DNA of 53,659 nt from Bacillota bacterium (GTDB taxonomy: Bacteria; Bacillota; Dehalobacteriia; UBA4068): contig DAIMZM010000003.1 of the NCBI GenBank assembly GCA_036733985.1, positions 1 to 53,659 of the forward strand. The letters are read 5' to 3'. Positions within the stretch are counted from its first letter, which is position 1. The number at the start of each line of letters is the position of its first letter. The notes beneath the pieces are model-generated. The model was not told the origin of the DNA, made no database searches, and saw only the letters and a program-made list of their open reading frames with translations. The position numbers and the translations under genes are program-made. Positions 51,986 to 53,659 of this stretch are shown one piece after another.

Positions 51986-52137
51986 TTTAAACCCTTTCTT
52001 TTCTTCGAAGAAAAGAAACAAAAGAATTTTAAACTTATACCATGTTACCTTGCAGCTGACACCGGCAACTACCCATTAAAGTTTTCTCGGTTCCTCTTTT
52101 TGAGCTATAGCTCAAAAAGAGGGAACGGTTAAAAAAA
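51986..52137. repeat. AT-rich inverted hairpin-pair repeat, locus F (right unit has the longest stem)
   Basis: TTTAAACCC-TTTCTTTTCTT-CG-AAGAAAAGAAA-CAAAAGAATTTTAAAC (51986-52034) and TTAAAGTTTTCTCG-GTTCCTCTTTTTGAGC-TATA-GCTCAAAAAGAGGGAAC-GGTTAAAAAAA (52076-52137). Confidence 0.8.
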
Positions 52138-52156
52138 TTCAGCCCATACCCAGGAA

Positions 52157-52188
52157 AGCGCCCGCTTATACCGCGGGCGCTGTTTTTT
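52157..52188 (+). terminator. intrinsic terminator
   Basis: AGCGCCCGC-TTATACC-GCGGGCGCT followed by GTTTTTT. Confidence 0.8.
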
Positions 52189-52208
52189 GCCGGCGGATAT
52201 ACCCGGGC

Positions 52209-53354
52209 CTAGACCCGTCGGCTGACCAGGGCTTCCACAGCGTCGGCCAGGGCGTCCAGATGGGCTTTGGTATTATACCAGCCTGGGGAGACCCGGACCG
52301 AGCCTTCTTCAAAGCTGTCCAGGCTGCGGTGGGCCAAAGGCGCGCAATGATAGCCGGAACGCAGGCAAATGCCGGACTGGCTAAGGAAAGCGGCGGTTTC
52401 CGCGGCGGTGTAGCCCCGCAGGTTAAAGGCCAGCACCGGCACGCGGGGCCGGGGCTGTTCCGGCAGATAGAGGATGACGCCGGGCAGGGCCCTGAGCTTC
52501 TCCGCCAGGGGATCCAGCAAACCCATGCTGTAGCGGTAAAGATGATCCACGCCGATCTTTTCCACAAAGTCCAGGGCAGCGCCCCAGCCGGCAATGCCCA
52601 CCGTATTCAGGGAACCGGCTTCCAAATGCTCGGGATAATGGCTGGGCTGGGTTTTCCGCTCGCTTTGGCCGCCGGTGCCGCCGCTGATCAGGGGCGTAAG
52701 GCGCAGGCCCTCCCGCACATAGAGGGCGCCGATGCCGCTGGGGCCGTAGAGAGCCTTATGGCCGGGCAGGGCCAGCAGAGCAATGTCCAAAGCCGCCACA
52801 TCCAAGGGCAGCAGGCCCACGCTTTGGGCCGCGTCCACCAAAAGGGGGATGCCCCGGCTTTTGGCCAGGCCGGCGATCTCCGCCAGGGGCTGCACGCTGC
52901 CGCAGACATTGGAAGCATGGCAAAGCACAATCAGGGCGGTATGGGGCTTGATCAGCCGGGCCACGGACTCCGGGCAAAGATAGCCGGCCTGATCCGCCGG
53001 GGCCCGGCTCAGGGAAATACGGCCGCCGCAGGCCAGGGCATGGAGGGGACGGAACACCGCGTTATGCTCCATGCCGGAATAGATCACATGGTCGCCGGCC
53101 TGCAAAAAGCCGTAGAGGGCCATATTCAGGCTCATGGTGGCCCCGGCGGTAAACACCACCCGTCGGTGATCCGGGGCATTAATCAAAGCAGCCAGCCGTT
53201 GCCGCACCCGGTCCACCATTTCCGCTGTGCGGCAGGTCATCTCATAGCTGCCCCGGCCCGGATTCGCCCCGTAGCACTCCAAGGCTTCCGCCATGGCCCG
53301 GCCCACCTCCGGGGGCTTGGGCCAGGTGCCGGCGGCATTATCCAGAAATATCAT
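52209..53354 (-). CDS. class V aminotransferase-fold enzyme, cysteine desulfurase-like
   Basis: IFLDNAAGTWP, PLP Lys in ALPGHKALYGP, active-site Cys context RSGYHCAP. ATG 53354 is preferred (GAGGGA 6 nt upstream); 53360 is possible. Confidence 0.82.
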   Translation of the reverse strand: MIFLDNAAGTWPKPPEVGRAMAEALECYGANPGRGSYEMTCRTAEMVDRVRQRLAALINAPDHRRVVFTAGATMSLNMALYGFLQAGDHVIYSGMEHNAVFRPLHALACGGRISLSRAPADQAGYLCPESVARLIKPHTALIVLCHASNVCGSVQPLAEIAGLAKSRGIPLLVDAAQSVGLLPLDVAALDIALLALPGHKALYGPSGIGALYVREGLRLTPLISGGTGGQSERKTQPSHYPEHLEAGSLNTVGIAGWGAALDFVEKIGVDHLYRYSMGLLDPLAEKLRALPGVILYLPEQPRPRVPVLAFNLRGYTAAETAAFLSQSGICLRSGYHCAPLAHRSLDSFEEGSVRVSPGWYNTKAHLDALADAVEALVSRRV

Positions 53355-53473
53355 TCTCATCCCTCGTTTCCGCTGCTCATCAACAAGAAAGCCTGCTGCA
53401 TTATATGCAACAGGCTTTGGGGATGACAATGCCAGGCTATCCGGCAAGGGCGGCCGGAACCGCGGCGGGCGGC

Positions 53474-53659
53474 TCAGCGGATTTTCAAGGTGCGCTCGAT
53501 CTCGGAAATGGAGCGGTCCAGCTGGCTGTCGCTTTTGCGGTTAGACTTGATTTTATCGCAGGCATACATGACGGTGGTATGATCCCGGCCGCCGAAATCC
53601 CGGCCGATCTGGGAGGTGGTGGCCCCCACCAGATCCCGGCACATATACATGGCCACCTG
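53474..53659 (-). CDS. dnaA: chromosomal replication initiator DnaA, C-terminal domain IV only (5' part beyond window)
   Basis: ..VAMYMCRDLVGATTSQIGRDFGGRDHTTVMYACDKIK.. matches the DnaA DNA-binding signature (IAMYL.R.L...SL..IG..FGGRDHTTV). Confidence 0.85.
   Translation of the reverse strand, partial: QVAMYMCRDLVGATTSQIGRDFGGRDHTTVMYACDKIKSNRKSDSQLDRSISEIERTLKIR

Noticed and set aside
22679-52137. CRISPR interpretation of the recurring hairpin repeats
   Set aside because: The units occur as isolated inverted pairs kilobases apart in separate intergenic regions. They are not regularly spaced direct repeats with unique spacers, and no cas genes are present.

Overview
High-GC chromosome segment from a spore-forming Firmicute (Clostridia-like). 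It carries yunB, yqfC, yqfD and a spoIIID fragment, and ends inside the 3' end of dnaA. Most of the window is ordinary core content. From left to right: a sigma-54-controlled catabolic operon (CN-hydrolase, Na+/solute symporter, tiny accessory membrane protein, Mop-type molybdo-aldehyde oxidoreductase, PuuE-like deacetylase) with its PAS/AAA+ activator; the SCIFF ranthipeptide pair scfA/scfB; a PLP decarboxylase; sodA; a GIY-YIG/ArsC-family fused ORF; a class A PBP; a methanogen-type homocysteine synthesis trio (COG1900, NIL-ferredoxin, UPF0280); yebC; murT-gatD plus a racemase; rocD and argF; prfB with its +1 frameshift; a VanY-type peptidase; the phoH-pgpH-ybeY and yqfC-yqfD clusters; a CssRS-like two-component system with htrA; a CNNM/CorC transporter; mazF; and a GntR-ABC module. 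Two things stand out. (1) At 13.7-15.6 kb a SpoIVCA-like large serine recombinase gene ends exactly where the 3' two-thirds of spoIIID begins. The 5' third of spoIIID is not recognisable anywhere in the window. This looks like a skin-type developmentally excised (or inverted) intervening element in a target gene I do not know to have been described. (2) An AT-rich family of hairpin units arranged as inverted pairs (BIME/REPIN/MITE-like) occupies at least seven intergenic loci between 22.5 and 52.1 kb, and its stems covary between copies. Smaller items: a promoter-to-terminator stand-alone small-RNA candidate upstream of prfB, an antitoxin-less mazF, two adjacent low-complexity proteins with in-frame tandem DNA repeats, and dnaA not followed by dnaN. 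I recognised no rRNA, tRNA or CRISPR array. Many long ORFs in the supplied track are antisense shadows typical of GC-rich DNA. All calls rest on my own reading and translation of the sequence; no database search was run.
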